From contig NC_134028.1 in the NCBI RefSeq assembly GCF_964204645.1, positions 10,354,001 to 10,418,000 on the forward strand: 64,000 nucleotides of DNA. Direction: 5' to 3'. This stretch comes from Tubulanus polymorphus. Lineage: Eukaryota; Animalia; Nemertea. The notes under the pieces are model-generated. The model saw only the letters and a list, made by a program, of their open reading frames with translations, was not told the origin of the DNA and searched no databases. The translations under genes and the position numbers were made by a program. This document shows, piece after piece, positions 24,560 through 38,685 of this stretch (positions are counted from its first letter, which is position 1; each line of letters opens with the position of its first letter).

Positions 24560-27500
24560 AAAATCCAAACAAAGGACTCGTAACGAACAATAGAAGAAAA
24601 AAACCAGTGTCACTAATCAAAGATTCAAAGCAGAATATATGTCCAAGTATCCATGCATTGTTCCATCTCAAATATCAAATAGTGATGCATTGTGTATACT
24701 GTCTGTAACCTTGATTTTCTTGTTACACATGGTGGGCTGACGGATGTCAGGAAACATTGTAAAGAAAGCAAAAGTGACGAAGCTACGGCAAAATCGTCTA
24801 AAATCACTCGCTATTTCACATCAAATACTCCAACAGCAGACAAATAGGTCACCCTGAGGGCGGAGGTGATGTTTATTAATTTTTTGGTCGAACACAGCAT
24901 AGCTTTTGCTGTATCAGATCATGCTACACGACTCTTCAAAAAAGTGTTCAAAAAAGATTGTGAAAATTTTTCGGGCGGGAGAACAAAGTCTACCGCAATC
25001 ATGCGAGTCTTGGCTAAGGAGGTGAAAGCGCAAATCGTGGAGCAAATGGGACAGGGCCCATTCATTATTGGGATGGATGGATCCACATTTGACAATGATA
25101 CTTTCTACCCGATAGTGGTTAGATACATAGATGCAAATGGCAATATCCGCATGGAACTTTTAGCACAACCTACGCAAAATGAATCGCATACCGGAGTTTG
25201 TATCTTTGAAGTGATCCGAGATGAATTTTCAAGGCACGATATAGATTGGTCAAAATGTCTGGCCCTAGCTGCGGACAATACGAATACAATGGTCGGCAGA
25301 CACCGAGGAGTGATTAGATTTATGATAGAGACAAACATAAAGACTGCTTTTTAGCTGGATGTATGTGTCATCTATTGGCTTTGGCTACTAGAAAGGCAAT
25401 TACAGCCTTCCAAGGGGATATTGATTTTGACAACACCCTTAAAAGTCAATTAAACGAAAAGCAAAACTATCTACAATTCAAAGAGATAATAACATTCCCG
25501 AGCAGGCAATAATTAAACATGTACCAACTAGATGGCTTTCTATGCGACCTGCTTTGATGAGACTTCTAGGTCAGTGGCAGGCATTACAAATATTCTTCAA
25601 CGAAGAATGTGCTATGAACGAGCCAGGTGACGAGGGAACATTAAAAAAGTTTTTCAACAGGAGGACAACAAGATTATATGCTGCCTCCTTGGTGAAAGCA
25701 CTCGAGGTCAGTTGTGTTAACAGTAACAGTAAAAGAATATTTAATCAGTCAACAAAAGGCCTGGTTTTGAAATTTCAGGCTAAACAAAAATAATTCCTCG
25801 TTTTTCCGCTTGTTTTTAAACTGCAATAAACTTTTATCTTTAGAGTCTCGAGTTCACAAACGAAAGTTTGCAGACGAATCATGGCACCATACACATCGTG
25901 AATAGGAGTTTGGAGAGATTATTCCAAAAGATGCTGGACTGTTTCATAAAGCCTGCTGCACTGAAAAGTACTGCCTGTGTCTTGTCCACTGATTTCACCA
26001 GCAGATATAACCTAAAGGTTAGTAATGTATTCCTCGTTTAGCGGGGGCTTCCAGCAACCAGGAATCAATTTTGGTGACTTCATGGATTTTTTGACTTAGG
26101 CTATATATTACCATACCATTAAAAAAGGGCAATTCATAAGAAAAGGCACTATCCATGGAGACATTTCCCAGAAAATATTTGAATTTCAACCCATTTTAAT
26201 GCAATTTCCAGGCACCTGAGACACAAAAATGACATTCTGCAACAATTCTTTAAGAGATGGGAATTTATTGATATGGAAACAATGTGATAATGAACTTTAT
26301 AGAATGAAAAATTTTTTTCGCACTTTTTGCAAAAAGGGCACTCAGAATTTGCGACAGGAGCACGTGCTCCGCGTGCTCCCGTCTAGATCCGCCCCTGGGG
26401 AGTTGCTTGGTACAGAATTTTACAATCGTTCAGATCAAATCCAGTCCATCATTTTTGGCCAACTAAAGCATATAAATCAAGAAAGCATAGCCATAATTTT
26501 TTTTAATGTGGTAGGCCCCTATTAAATGTTCCTATTCTAAATCATCATCTGGGCAGAATTGTCTTTTCCGATGTTTGTATTCTCAGTTCGATGGCTGGTG
26601 AAGATGAGGCATTTTCTGCACTTCCCATGGGAGGGCGGGAGAAGGAGCAGTATTTTCAGACTGGTTCATCATTGATCTTCAACACATGACAATTTGAAAT
26701 AAAAGATAAATTGATTTATTTATTGATGTTGACTTCGTTTTTTTATTCAGTGCACAGATATAAACCAATTAGAAAGTGCTAGAATGCGAGAATGACTGTC
26801 ATTGTCTGGCTGATGATATATGACTGGATGTAAGTAAAATGGTTACAATATTTACGTACGTTTTGTCAGTATTGATTACTTCAAATAGCCTTTCTAATCT
26901 GGTACGGGTAAGTGTAGTGCACTTGAAAATTAGTGAAAAGACCTATACCGATGTGTAGTTGGTATAGCCTGTATTATTTGACCCTAAATCACAACTGCCT
27001 GGATACTGATAATCTGTCCCAACATCAGTTTCATCTAGCAAGCTGGTGCTGCCACCTTCTTGTTTTCAACCTTACCAATTCTAAACCAGCTGTGTTTAGC
27101 GTTTCTAGATTGTTTTGGCCTAGTTTGAACATTATGATTTAAATTGTAGGACAAGAAATATAATAGGAACCAAGGCAATGGAATGCCTCAAATTGGTGAA
27201 TGATGAAAAGTCATCATCATTCTACAAAGCAGTTGTCTTGTTTTACCGGGCAGGATGTTCTTGTATCAAGGAAAAGATCAACCCTGAAAAAGAACCATTG
27301 TGGTATCATACTCAGGTCAATATCTTCACTGAAATTGATAAGCCACAATGATCAAAGGATGTCTTAAGTTTGGTGCCCTACAACAAGAAAGGTTACTATC
27401 GATTGTTTAATTATGACCACAATCAGCTTTGCCTTTGATGCAAATTATTCAAATCTACGAAAGTAATATGCATACTTTATTTAGTCCCAGGTCTAAATGA

Positions 27501-27795
27501 TAAGTCATTTGCTCCATGTATTTTGAAAAGGAACATATCTTTGAAATTTCTTTCGCTTCAGGTGGCTGATATCACGAGAAGGCAGATTTCGTCATTGGCT
27601 AGTATCAAATATTTCCTCGAGAGATTTGGTTGCCTGTCAGATGTTGTTGACCAAGATGAGTTACATATGGAGTTCCTGGACTTCCGTCATTACAAGATTC
27701 AGAATTACGTCATTAGTTGTTTACCCTTCCATCATCAAAAGACATCAACAAAACACGTCCAATTGAAGATCAGTGGAACATGTTGGGGAAATTAA
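24560..27795 (+). pseudogene. hAT-superfamily transposase relic A with spliceosomal introns
   Basis: THGGLTDVRKH zinc-finger remnant, RAEVMFINFLVEH, GMDGS, ADNTNTM, CMCH, HVPTRWLS; GT-AG introns 25707-25843, 26018-27149, 27316-27561. Confidence 0.82.
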
Positions 27796-29782
27796 CAGTT
27801 TTCAACCATGTTCCACAGTATTATTTATTTTATTTTCATTAAAGTGTATTTGCACTGGTTCCTTACCCCGATAGTCAGCCATTAGTATTATGAATCAAAC
27901 CCTTCCCACTCAATGTTAAATGCCTCCTAAACCTTTACTGATTTGATTACCTACCATCGGCTCTGCAGGAAGAGTACCTGGAGTGGTATAAAGTATTATG
28001 TGTATCTAGAATTGAGTTCAATACAAGGGACATTGCCACCGCAATGTTAGTGTTAACCCTTACAATACCACTACCGTATGGCATACGGTACAAATTGTCA
28101 AGCTAGTATACCCGTACCGTCTGTGATACGGTATCACTTAACCCTTCTTCTAGAAGGGCATATCTATCAGTATCAGCCGGTGCTGCCATCTGCATAAAAT
28201 CCAAGATGGCAACAGCCAGGAAAAAACAATTTGGCTGGATGAAACGGTTCAGCAGCTCGTATATGATGAGGCCTGAAATTATACCCCAATGAAACCCCTT
28301 ACATTCAGCCTTCCGACATATCGGTGGAAAAGTTGGTAAATGAGTGGAAAAATTAATTTTTGGTTTACCTTTGTCAGCAGTATGAAGTTGGCATCGAGCC
28401 AATTCATGTAAAATCGCGGTACGTTTTTTTATGTGAGCATTTTTTTCATTGGTTCTCGGGTTAAACGAGGTATAATCGATGCGATTGAAGACATAACGAA
28501 CCTCCGTCGATGACATGGTCAACACTGTTTAAATTCGACGAAAAACTTTTTTGGCGGGAAAATTCTTAGCTCTCGAGTATAAAATTGCAATGACCTCCAT
28601 TGGGGGCGTCGTCTCTACGAGTGAATGTGGCTGTTTTTGGGATAAACGGGGAATTCCGGCGCTACTAAAATAATTATGGGGAAGCCTTTTATGGCGAACG
28701 TTTCATTGGACTAGGTGCGAATTCTAAATGCTCATTGCTGGTGGGAATATAACTATTTCGCATATCGCCATAGGTATTGTTTCATTTTAATACCCGGTGA
28801 TTGTGTTGATTGAGATTGAAGTGAAGCCAAGCGAAGCGAAGGTTCACTACACAAGGCCTCCACGTGGGCGGGACGGGAGTGCTAAACATACACACAAACA
28901 CACGCTCATACAGACTACGGAGATGCTGTAACGCTGCTTGGCGCGTGCACGTTTGGTATGATAACAGGCTGAATAATCGTCGTAGTAGAAGATGAGCGCT
29001 GTGTTTTCTGTTTGATAGAATTTGTAATAAATTTTAATTTCTTGTAACCTGAAAATACTAAGCTGCAAACTATAGGTATAGGTCGAGGTCTCAATTTTGT
29101 AGTGGTAAATTCCAGGATTTAATACTACGCCCCGGTGTTTTAGCTTCCGCGGCCATACATTGGAAGAGGTTTTGTTTCCAAGACTCAATATTCAGCCACC
29201 CGCTGATATGTGACATCATATGAATTTTATTTGAATATTTTTTCATATTGTGAAAAATATTTTTTCGAAAATATAAAATAGTTTCCAATGCCGCGCCTAC
29301 CTGTACCCTACGAAATTTTGGACGTAGACAGTCATTATTCCCGTCAGTATTGTTTTGTCTTTCAACACCTGTGTTGGCGCGCAGCCTGCGCACCGTTCAA
29401 TGCTTCTGTAATACTATAGTCTCACACACAGACACACTTCCCTGCTGTATTAGCTGTGATCAATAGAGAACATATATGGCTATTAATACATGCGCTGTAT
29501 TGCAACACTTCTGAGACGCACGCGGAGAGCTCTGGCGCGCGTCTTATAATTTAATTCAAGGATAATAAAAGCTTTAAATTACGTGTATAATAAGATTTAT
29601 GAATCATAAACTGATATAAGGGGCTATAAATTAATAAAGCAATTAGATTTAGAATGAAAACCGCTATTTATTGAAGAGTTTTGTTCAGCATCGTCAGTTG
29701 ATATTTTATTTTGGTGACAAATGTCGCAGTTCTTGTTTTGGATTTCATTTAATCCCGTGCGCCTTTACGATTCTGGATATTA

Positions 29783-32700
29783 TGGAAGTTAATGATGATA
29801 TATTGACGGAATTGCAAGCATTAGATACTGATAGTGTTAGAACGGACTCAAAATTGAAGAAGAAAGTAGGTGGGAAATCGCTAAGAAAACAAGTTTTCTT
29901 GAAAAAGTGGAATTTCCGTGCATCAAGCCGTCAGAAAGCAGTCGATACCGTGCGAAATGTACTGTTTGTGATTACGACTTTGTCATATCGCATGGTGGCA
30001 AGGATGACATTCGGCGACATGTTATATGCAAGAGTCATATAGAAAAATCTAAAGGCTGGCTTATGTCGACAAGCAACGCGACGCCTAGCGACTCCTACCG
30101 ACGCAACTGAGAGCGACCGCGATCGCAGCCCAGCTTATGTCGACTGCGCTCCGATTCGCAGCAACTGAGGTCGACTATCGGGATACGAGATCGTCCCAGT
30201 TGCTTCCTTGCTTATGTCGGTTACGATTACTGGCAACTGCAACGGCTCAGATGGTCACGTGATAAACATTTTGAGGATGAATTAGGTTTGTTTTGAATTA
30301 TTGGGAAGTATGTTTCTATTAGAAAAGCTATTTCTTTAAGATCTTTATCTGTCTGATTCTGTTTTGAATACAATGTGCTAGCGACATCATATAAAGATGG
30401 CCGCTCACACCATAATTTTACCAATTTCGCTTCTAGATCTTCGGTTCAGTCATCTGCCGTGCTGTAGGTTTGGTTTACGTTTCGAAATACTTAAATTTGA
30501 AAGTTTATGACTAATTACGAATGACGCTAACTAGCGATCATAATTTGTACTATGTATATGCGGTCTCTTATTGGCTGGAACCCTTGTGATCAGTTCCGTC
30601 GCGTCGCAGATGAGCTTATGTCGGTTGCGATCGAAAGCAACTGTCCGCCTACCGTAGGCCGGAGTAGAACATGGGCAACTAGCCGGATACGGCTTGCGAC
30701 AAGTCGGTAGGCGTCGGGTTGCCGTCGTGAGCCGGCTTATGTCGAACCGATAGAGCAGCAACTGGCGGCTTCTCGTAGGCCGCTTGTTGCTGCTAATCAG
30801 CGATAAACCCAGTTGCGTCGCTAGGCGTCGCGTTGCTTGTCGACATACACCAGCCTTAAGTCCAAGAAAATCACAAACTTTTTCACAAACGTTGAATCAA
30901 GCACAGTGGACACATCAGTGATTCGTGCGGAATTAATGTTTACGATATTTCTCGTTGAGCACAATATTTCCCTTAGTGCTTCAGACCATGCATCAAAACT
31001 GTTTAAAATTATGTTCCCAGGAAATTCAATTGCATAGAAATATGCATGTGGACGGACAAAAGCGAAAAATGTATGTCATGATACTGTAGCCTGCAAACTT
31101 AAAAATAGCTTCCGCACCTATCATGGTATGGAAGTATGACAAACAGCTGGTATGTATATCAGTGCTGAGACGAGTGTCTAGTGACATTGCTCAACCTCCG
31201 ATAGTCCTAGTAAATGATAAATTAATCAGTTAAATTAAGCTTCGTTTTTTTTTTCTTTTATTTCTATCATTGCTCACATTCAGACAGGTTTTATACCTAT
31301 CCATTTCTCTGACTCCAAGTGCTCTTAAAATCACTTAAATTGTGGCCGAAATTCAAAATTTTGGGGGGTTGGGCCCCCAAATCCCCCTTTGAAGAGGGGG
31401 GACACCCCCTCGAGCTCCCCCGTCTCAGTACCTGCGGTACCTCGGGTGTCGCCTGCGGCGCCACTTGAGTTGGACTGGCTGATTATATCGGATGTTCCAA
31501 TTTTGACAAGTACATATTCATATCTGGCTAAGACCCTGACGTCAATGATGCAAATTTGATTTGCACCCAATTATTAGCTAATCCAGTTTATAAAGAATCG
31601 CATACTGGGGAAGCGATATTTAATGTGATGAAAACAGAGTTCTCGAAACGTGACATTAATTGGCAGAATTGTCTTTCACTCGTGTGTGACAACACCAATT
31701 CAATGATAGGACGTCATAAAGGTGTTATTAAATTTGTTCGAGATGAACACAAGGACTTTCATTTGGCAGGATGTGTGTGTCACTTGCTGCACCTTGCAAC
31801 GAAAAAAGGTGTGAAGATGTTTCAAGGTGACCTGTTTGACTTCGACAATTTACTCCGTCAGGTCAATTGGTATCTTGGAAAATCAAGTAAAAGATCGCAC
31901 AAATTCAAAATGTGTCAGGAGGCAACTGGTTGTCCAGGACATAAAATTTTCAAGCATGTCCCGACAAGATGGCTATCTTTGGGGCCTGCGCTTAACCAAT
32001 TACTGGAACAATGGGCTGCGTTAGAGAAGTTCTTCGAAGAAGAGTCTCCCGATAATGACGGTGATGAAGATAGTGGGGAGATAGTTTCATCAGAGTCAAT
32101 TGTTAAGACTGCCAAGAAATTCTTCCAGCGACGCACAGCTGAATTATATTGTGCTTTCCTAGTGCATGCTCCTGCTGTAAGTACCGGTCTAGTTAATTGT
32201 GGATTTCGATCAAACTTTTTATAAGTTTCTCATTGTTATTAATTAATTTTAAAATATTTTCAGCTGCTTGAGAGTACAAATGCATCACTACAAAGCGAGA
32301 ATGCTAAAATACATGTTATACGCAGATTAATATTGAAACTCTATAAGCAGATGCTTCTCTGCTTTGTAAAACCGTCAGCCACAAACTTTGATGATGTAAT
32401 GCAAGTGGACTTTGAACAAAGGTACAATATCAAAGATAAAAAGGATATTGTAATTGGTGTGAAGGCTCGAGACTGAATCAAGAATAATGAAGGATGCAGA
32501 GTCCCAGTTTTTCAAAGCTGTTGTGGAATTCTACAAGTCTGTCTGCCAATATGTAAAGAAAAAGATCAACCCCGATGATAACGAAATGTGGAAACATGCT
32601 GAGGTAGGGTAACTTTCTCTCATGCTGTCCACTTGCAGTGAAAATGGATTAGATATCAATAAAATGATAGTACATTTAATGATTATCATGTTATTTTATC

Positions 32701-33674
32701 TCTTTATGTATTTTAGGTTGCAGATGTATCTTTACGAAAAGATAAGAGCTTCATTAATTGCACATACTTCTTGGAGAGGTTTCCTTGTATCTTGGACATC
32801 AAAAACGAGATGAATTGGAGCTCGAATTCTTGGATTTCCAGTCTCTCAGCGATGAAGAATTGCCACAGGGACTTTTCTTCCATGACAGAGAGCAAACTCC
32901 CAGAGATCTAGGCGACCAATGGAGAATGATCGGAAAAATGAAATAAAAATGCTGCGATAAGGTATGTTTCATTCTACGGAGTCTCTAAAAATAAATTTAT
33001 TTCAAAGTATCGCTCAGATCTGTAATATTAATTTTGTGTCTTTTCAGATTCAAACAACTACCTAAGTTAATGCTGTCAGTAGCATTAATACCAGTTTCGA
33101 ATTCTCCCTGTGAAAGAGTCTTCAGCACTGTAGGAAAGAATGTAACTGACTTTCGGGCATCATTAGAACCAAAAACTCTAGAATCTTTGATGATCATAAA
33201 ACATCAGTTCCTCTGTGTCATCAGTATCAACCGAGTGAAGAACTACTGAGAAAATCAAAGTCTGCAACATATAAGGCGCTTAAAGATTAAGATTAACGAT
33301 TTAAAGTATGAATAAACAATATGATGTATCTTCACAAAGTTATTGAGGGTTTAGATGGATTATTTAATTAAAAGAATAAATCACAACATGTATATATCCA
33401 CATTGCTATTGAATATCAAGATAGAATATGTAAAATGAATCATGTATATTATTTCAGTTTCGATGTAAAATATATAAATCTTAGCATTAATTATTACAAT
33501 ATCTTAATCTTGTGGTCGACTCATTTATTTTTGGCTAGAAATTCCATTTTTGGACAGGAACTGGAAGCTTTTTTCGTGTCGCGTTATTCTTGGAAAAATA
33601 CTGACAACCTCAAGAAAATACTGACAAACTCAAAAAATTGTACTGACAACATCTTTCTGAGGTTGGCAGCTCTG
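29783..33674 (+). mobile_element. hAT transposon relic B (intron-containing transposase plus right TIR)
   Basis: CTVC..SHGGKDDIRRH, CDNTNSM, GCVCHLLHL, HVPTRWLS, dimerisation domain IPVSNSPCERVFS; introns 32177-32263, 32604-32716, 32962-33048; right end GGTTGGCAGCTCTG with subterminal CTGACAA repeats. Confidence 0.88.
30053..30856 (-). mobile_element. Non-autonomous PIF/Harbinger element carrying a MADF-domain fragment, nested in hAT B
   Basis: ~40-bp TIRs AGGCTGGCTTATGTCGACAAGCAACGCGACGCCTAGCGAC, TAA target duplication; excision restores EKSKSKKITNFF; internal TEDLEAKLVKLWCERPSLYDV..Y..LKEIA is MADF-like. Confidence 0.88.
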
Positions 33675-34741
33675 ATCTACCCTAGACACATCTTCAGCCC
33701 AAAAACTGGCACTGTCAGATTCAAGATGGCTGACTGGCAGCCATTGTTGTTCGCCAAAATCAGCACTTTTTACACATTTTCGAAGTTTTTGAGAAAAATT
33801 TTGAAGACGCTTTGATCAATTACCTTGATCTTTCGTTTGTATTGGAATCTACCAAGGCCCCATCAGCATAAGAAAAATTGGGTCGATCTGACTCAAGATG
33901 GCCGTCCTATGACCTATTTCGTGCCCAAAAATGTCAATTTTGGCCAGAATTCTAGGTCCTGTAACTTCCTACTGGTTTGCCATTTCTCATTGCAATTTGT
34001 GATGGGTATTCTTTGGAAAGGGATGTTTTATACCTAAGACAGGTATTTTTTGATCAGTCAATTATGACGCAATTGGTGGCCATCTTGGTGTCATCAGTAC
34101 TCATTCGTAGGTAGGAAAAAGTTTTTCCACATTAAATTGATACCTAAGCATATTGTGTTACTATATTCAATTGGAAAGTTGTAGCCCATAACATGTTGTA
34201 TGATTTTGGTGAGTTTCAAGGTCATTGGTTTTTGTATGTGGCCACCAGGGGGCTTTGAATAATACAATAACTTAGTATTTCTATATTATATTTGTACCTA
34301 TGCATATTTTGTTACCACAATCAATTGCAAAGTTGTAGCTCATGACATCTTCCATGATTTTGGTGAGTTTTAATGACATTTATAGTTATTCTATATGGTC
34401 ACCAGGGGGCGTTGAATAGTAGAATAGCTTAGTATTTCCTTATTAGATTGGTACCTAGGCATATTTTGTTACCATGATCAATTGCAAAGTTGTATTTCAT
34501 GACATGTACTACGATTGTGGTGAATTTAAGGTCATTGGGTTTTGCATATGGTCACCAGGGGGCGTTGAATAGTAGAGTAACTTAGTATTTCCATATAAAA
34601 TTGGTAACGAGGCATATTTTGTTATCACAATCAATTACAAAATCATAGCTGCTGACATGTTCTATGATTGTGGTGGGTTTCAAGGTCATTGGTTTTTGAA
34701 TATGGTCACTAGGGAGCGTTGGTGTCCCTGGACCCCTAGTT
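33675..34741 (+). mobile_element. Helentron-type non-autonomous element (HINE), 5'-truncated
   Basis: Colinear with 53831-54940; internal ~140-bp tandem units with CACCAGGGGGCGTTGAA; ends GTCCCTGGACCCCTAGT. Confidence 0.75.
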
Positions 34742-35012
34742 TGTTTTTGTTTCTTTTTTTGGTATTGATGGACGATGAATGCATATTGATGGATTGTTTA
34801 GAATTATGTGCTTCTTGTTTAAATGTGCCCTTTTCTACTTTTGGGATTTTTAGGGACGATTAAATATTGTCCATGGCAGTAGCATGTCCCTATGATGCTA
34901 CTGTCTGTATCTGCCCCTGATATACATGTAATCGTAAGGTGAACACAAAAACTCTTGTTTCATTCTGAATTTAAAAACGGGAATTAATGATCATATTTCA
35001 TCTTATCAACAG

Positions 35013-35126
35013 GCAGCGGCTATGGCTAAAAGAAAAAATCCAACTGAACAAACTCAGAGTGATGGCAAGTTATCTAAACATCAAGTGAATAATTTACTAA
35101 AACGATTTCCCCAACCAAAATCCTAG
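35013..35126 (+). CDS. CHCHD1: CHCHD1 exon 3 (to stop)
   Basis: CAACAG acceptor, phase 0; AAAMAKRK...GKLSKHQVNNLLKRFPQPKS* matches the CHCHD1 C-terminus (N.LL.RFP). Confidence 0.9.
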   Translation, partial: AAAMAKRKNPTEQTQSDGKLSKHQVNNLLKRFPQPKS

Positions 35127-36481
35127 CATTATCAGTAAGTGTATCCTTCCGCTTCATTCTCTAATCTCTAGTTTATGCAGAATGTAAATTTTGGTCCTCT
35201 ATTTCAGGTATGGGTAATCACTATATGCTGTTGACACGACGTGAACTGTATCTGAGAGTTACAAGTTGTTTGTAAATGAAATGTAAATGAAAATTGAATT
35301 CAAAGTAAAACTAAAGTGTTTGTTATTTAATTCATGGAAGAAATAAGTATTTTATATATAATAGATTAGTTTTTAGCCCACTTGGGACTTAAGTCCCGGC
35401 GGGCTATTGCGTTCACTTTTCGTCCGTTGTCCTCGTTCGTCGACAGAATCCAGTTATTTTGGGAAGTTTTTGAAGACGCTTCAATCTAATGTCTTGATAT
35501 TTGGTTTATACATGAATCTACCCTAGACACATCTTCAGCCCAAAAACTGGCGTCTAGCTCTCACCACAGCAAGTGCCTATCTTGAAAACAATACCTGGTT
35601 CATTATGTATTCCATGAACATAGAAAACCAATTCTATATGAGAGTCATTGTTATTTGGTTACTTGACTTAAACACTTAAATGTGTATCAAATCAATTATT
35701 ATATTGTCAACAATATTTGTATAAATTAAACACAAAAAATGAAATCATTGGAGTTGGGTTAGTTCATAATGATTTGTGATTGAAATTGAATAATTGTTTA
35801 CTAAATTATTGAAAGAACTTATAACAGATTATATTCTAATAATCTATAATTTCTCAAAGATAGAATATGGCACTGTGCATAACTATTGAAGGAATGAAAA
35901 TTGGGCTTACATGTATTGGAAATTCAGATCAAAATTCATGTTAATAGCAGTTGTTTTTGTTAGGTGGCAGCACTGTATGGAAATAGTTGTTGGTGCTAGC
36001 ACAGGAATTTTGCAAGGTGGCAGCACTGTACGACATACAGTTAAGGCATCAGCCGCTGTAACTTTTGATTTCATGCCAAACTTTTCAGAATTTTTACAGA
36101 ATTTTGATAACAAAATCTGGTGTCAGTGATTGAAATTGTCAACGGCATTTTAAAGAAATTTAATAGATGGCAATGTCAACGGCTATAAATAATACATCAT
36201 CGGCAAAAGCCGTTGATTGCCATCGTGAAATTCTAAAATGTGTTTAAAACAAAGCATTTAACTACAATGCAGCAGATTTAGACCATGTCAACCAACTCGG
36301 TCAAAATTTTCAAGCATCATTTTCAAATGGTTGGTGATCCAAAAGGTGTTCGGGGGTTCCAGAACAATCGAATAAATATATGGGTATGAACTTAAGTAAT
36401 TACAAAATGACGTTTTCAGATCAGAGGACGAGACATCACTCGTCACCATTCATCACTACTCATTATTTTTTTTCTATATAA

Positions 36482-37513
36482 ATGGGAGACAGTGAGTTCC
36501 AAAAAATTGATGTTAATAAAAATTAATATTATTGTCCGTATTGTAAAAAGTACATCAATAAATCTAATAAATCTCGTCATGAAAAAATGTTATAGATTTT
36601 GAAACTCCAGAACATTATAATGAAAGTAAAGAACAATTAAATAATTTGAAAAAAAAGATTAAATAAAATGCGATTTTTGTAATTAAAACGAATTATAAAA
36701 GACATCTCGAATCACAAAAACACCAACAAAATTTAAGTAAAAATATTTTAGGAACAAAATATTTTGATGATAAATCTAAACAAATGAGAAAATCTATTAA
36801 AAAAACTACATCTATTCTAAATAAACCTTATATGGAAAATGTTAGAAATTATATCGATTCACTAGAAATAAAAGATAAAATGGAAATCTTAGAAATATTA
36901 CGTAGTAAAATTGGACCTGCAGCTATAATATTTAGATTCTTTAAAGGAGCAACAATTGAAGATTATAGTAAATTTATTGAAATAATAGAAAAATAATGGA
37001 TTCTGTAACAGATGTTGAATTTATAAAAATAAGTATTTCTGGAAAAGTAAATTTCATAAAATCAGAAGAAAAAATGGAGTATAATATTCAAACACATTCC
37101 GAAGAAATGATTTCGAAAACACAAATAAAAGAAATTAGAAAAAATATTTAATGAATTTATAAGACATATCGAGGAAAGATATTTTGAAGTTTCTGTTTTA
37201 ACATTGAATAAAATTTTATTTTTATTATATTATTTATTATTTTTAAGTTAATTATTTAAAAATAAATATATTCGAATTAATGCAATTACCAGAGACAACA
37301 GGTGAAAATATTAAAGATGATTACACATTAGAAGCTTTATATTTATCAAAACATTATGATGATGAAAATGTTATAGATTTATTATACTATAGAAAATATG
37401 AAAATGAACTATAAATGAATATATGAATATATGTGGTTAAAACAAATAGATTTATTTATCAGAACAGAAAGAGATTTAAATAGTCATGATAATTTATTTA
37501 TGTGGAAAATGTG
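36482..37513 (+). pseudogene. polB: Polinton-like virus fragment: 5' part of pPolB (second copy)
   Basis: Aligns with 1-690 and ~1005-1240 (internal deletion); includes the start MGDSEFQK..YYCPYCKKYINKSNKSRHEK after TTTTTTTCTATATAAATG. Confidence 0.88.
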
Positions 37514-38410
37514 ACCATGCGTTAATTATACAGATCCATCATCTTGACGGCTATAGAGTTCGAAGTACATCTTGATTCGAAAGAAAATGTATGGAGAAAA
37601 TCGTCAGATAGTCAACTTTACGCTACAGAAATTAGAAACAAGAGTCAACTTTTTTAGTCTAAAGTGTGGCTAATAATATCACTAAACTGAACTTCAATAT
37701 TTATCAAAACATTATGATGATGAAAATTTTATAGATTTATTATACTATAGAAAATATGAAAATGAACTATAAATGAATATATGAATATATGTGGTTAAAA
37801 CAAATAGATTTATTTATCAGAACAGAAAGAGATTTAAATAGTCATGATAATTTATTTATGTGGAAAATGTGACCATGCGTTAATTATACAGATCCATCAT
37901 CTTGACGGCTATAGAGTTCGAAGTACATCTTGATTCGAAAGAAAATGTATGGAGAAAATCGTCAGATAGTCAACTTTACGCTACAGAAATTAGAAACAAG
38001 AGTCAACTTTTTTAGTCTAAAGTGTGGCTAATAATATCACTAAACTGAACTTCAATATTTATCAAAACATTATGATGATGAAAATGTTATAGATTTATTA
38101 TACTATAGAAAATATGAAAATGAACTATAAATGAATATATGAATATATGTGGTTAAAACAAATAGATTTATTTATCAGAACAGAAAGAGATTTAAATAGT
38201 CATGATAATTTATTTATGTGGAAAATGTGACCATGCGTTAATTATACAGATCCATCATCTTGACGGCTATAGAGTTCGAAGTACATCTTGATTCGAAAGA
38301 AAATGTATGGAGAAAATCGTCAGATAGTCAACTTTACGCTAGAAATTAGAAACAAGAGTCAACTTTTTAGTCTAAAGTGTGGCCAATAATATCACTAAAC
38401 TGAACTTCAA
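37340..38410. repeat. Near-perfect tandem triplication, 358-bp unit (pPolB fragment plus flanking DNA)
   Basis: ATTTATCAAAACATTATGATG at 37341, 37699 and 38057. Confidence 0.92.
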
Positions 38411-38527
38411 CTCATTTTAACAAGTTATTTTCTGTCTGCATAAAAAAGAAATTGTCATGATGACAACATATAGGCCTAAACATGGCTCCGCTAATAAGAT
38501 ACTATCGTAATGGCTTAAAACAGGTGC

Positions 38528-38685
38528 ACTTTCCACAACCATCCTAGCACGACTAAGACGGTAGTTAAAGTTATGTTGAGATCTTGTTAATAATCCGTTA
38601 TCTGAATAGGGCTTCATAAGCCATGGAAGTAATGGATAAGCTGGGTCACCTAAGATCATTAGAGGTATATCAATGTCATTTATGC
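38528..38685 (-). pseudogene. Harbinger (HARBI1-like) DDE transposase fragment
   Basis: IPLMILGDPAYPLLPWLMKPY..FNYRLSRARMVVESA. Confidence 0.88.

Noticed and set aside
36420-36465. Polinton terminal repeat upstream of the second pPolB copy
   Set aside because: CATCACT-like repeats are present, but no matching inverted partner or target duplication is visible in the window.
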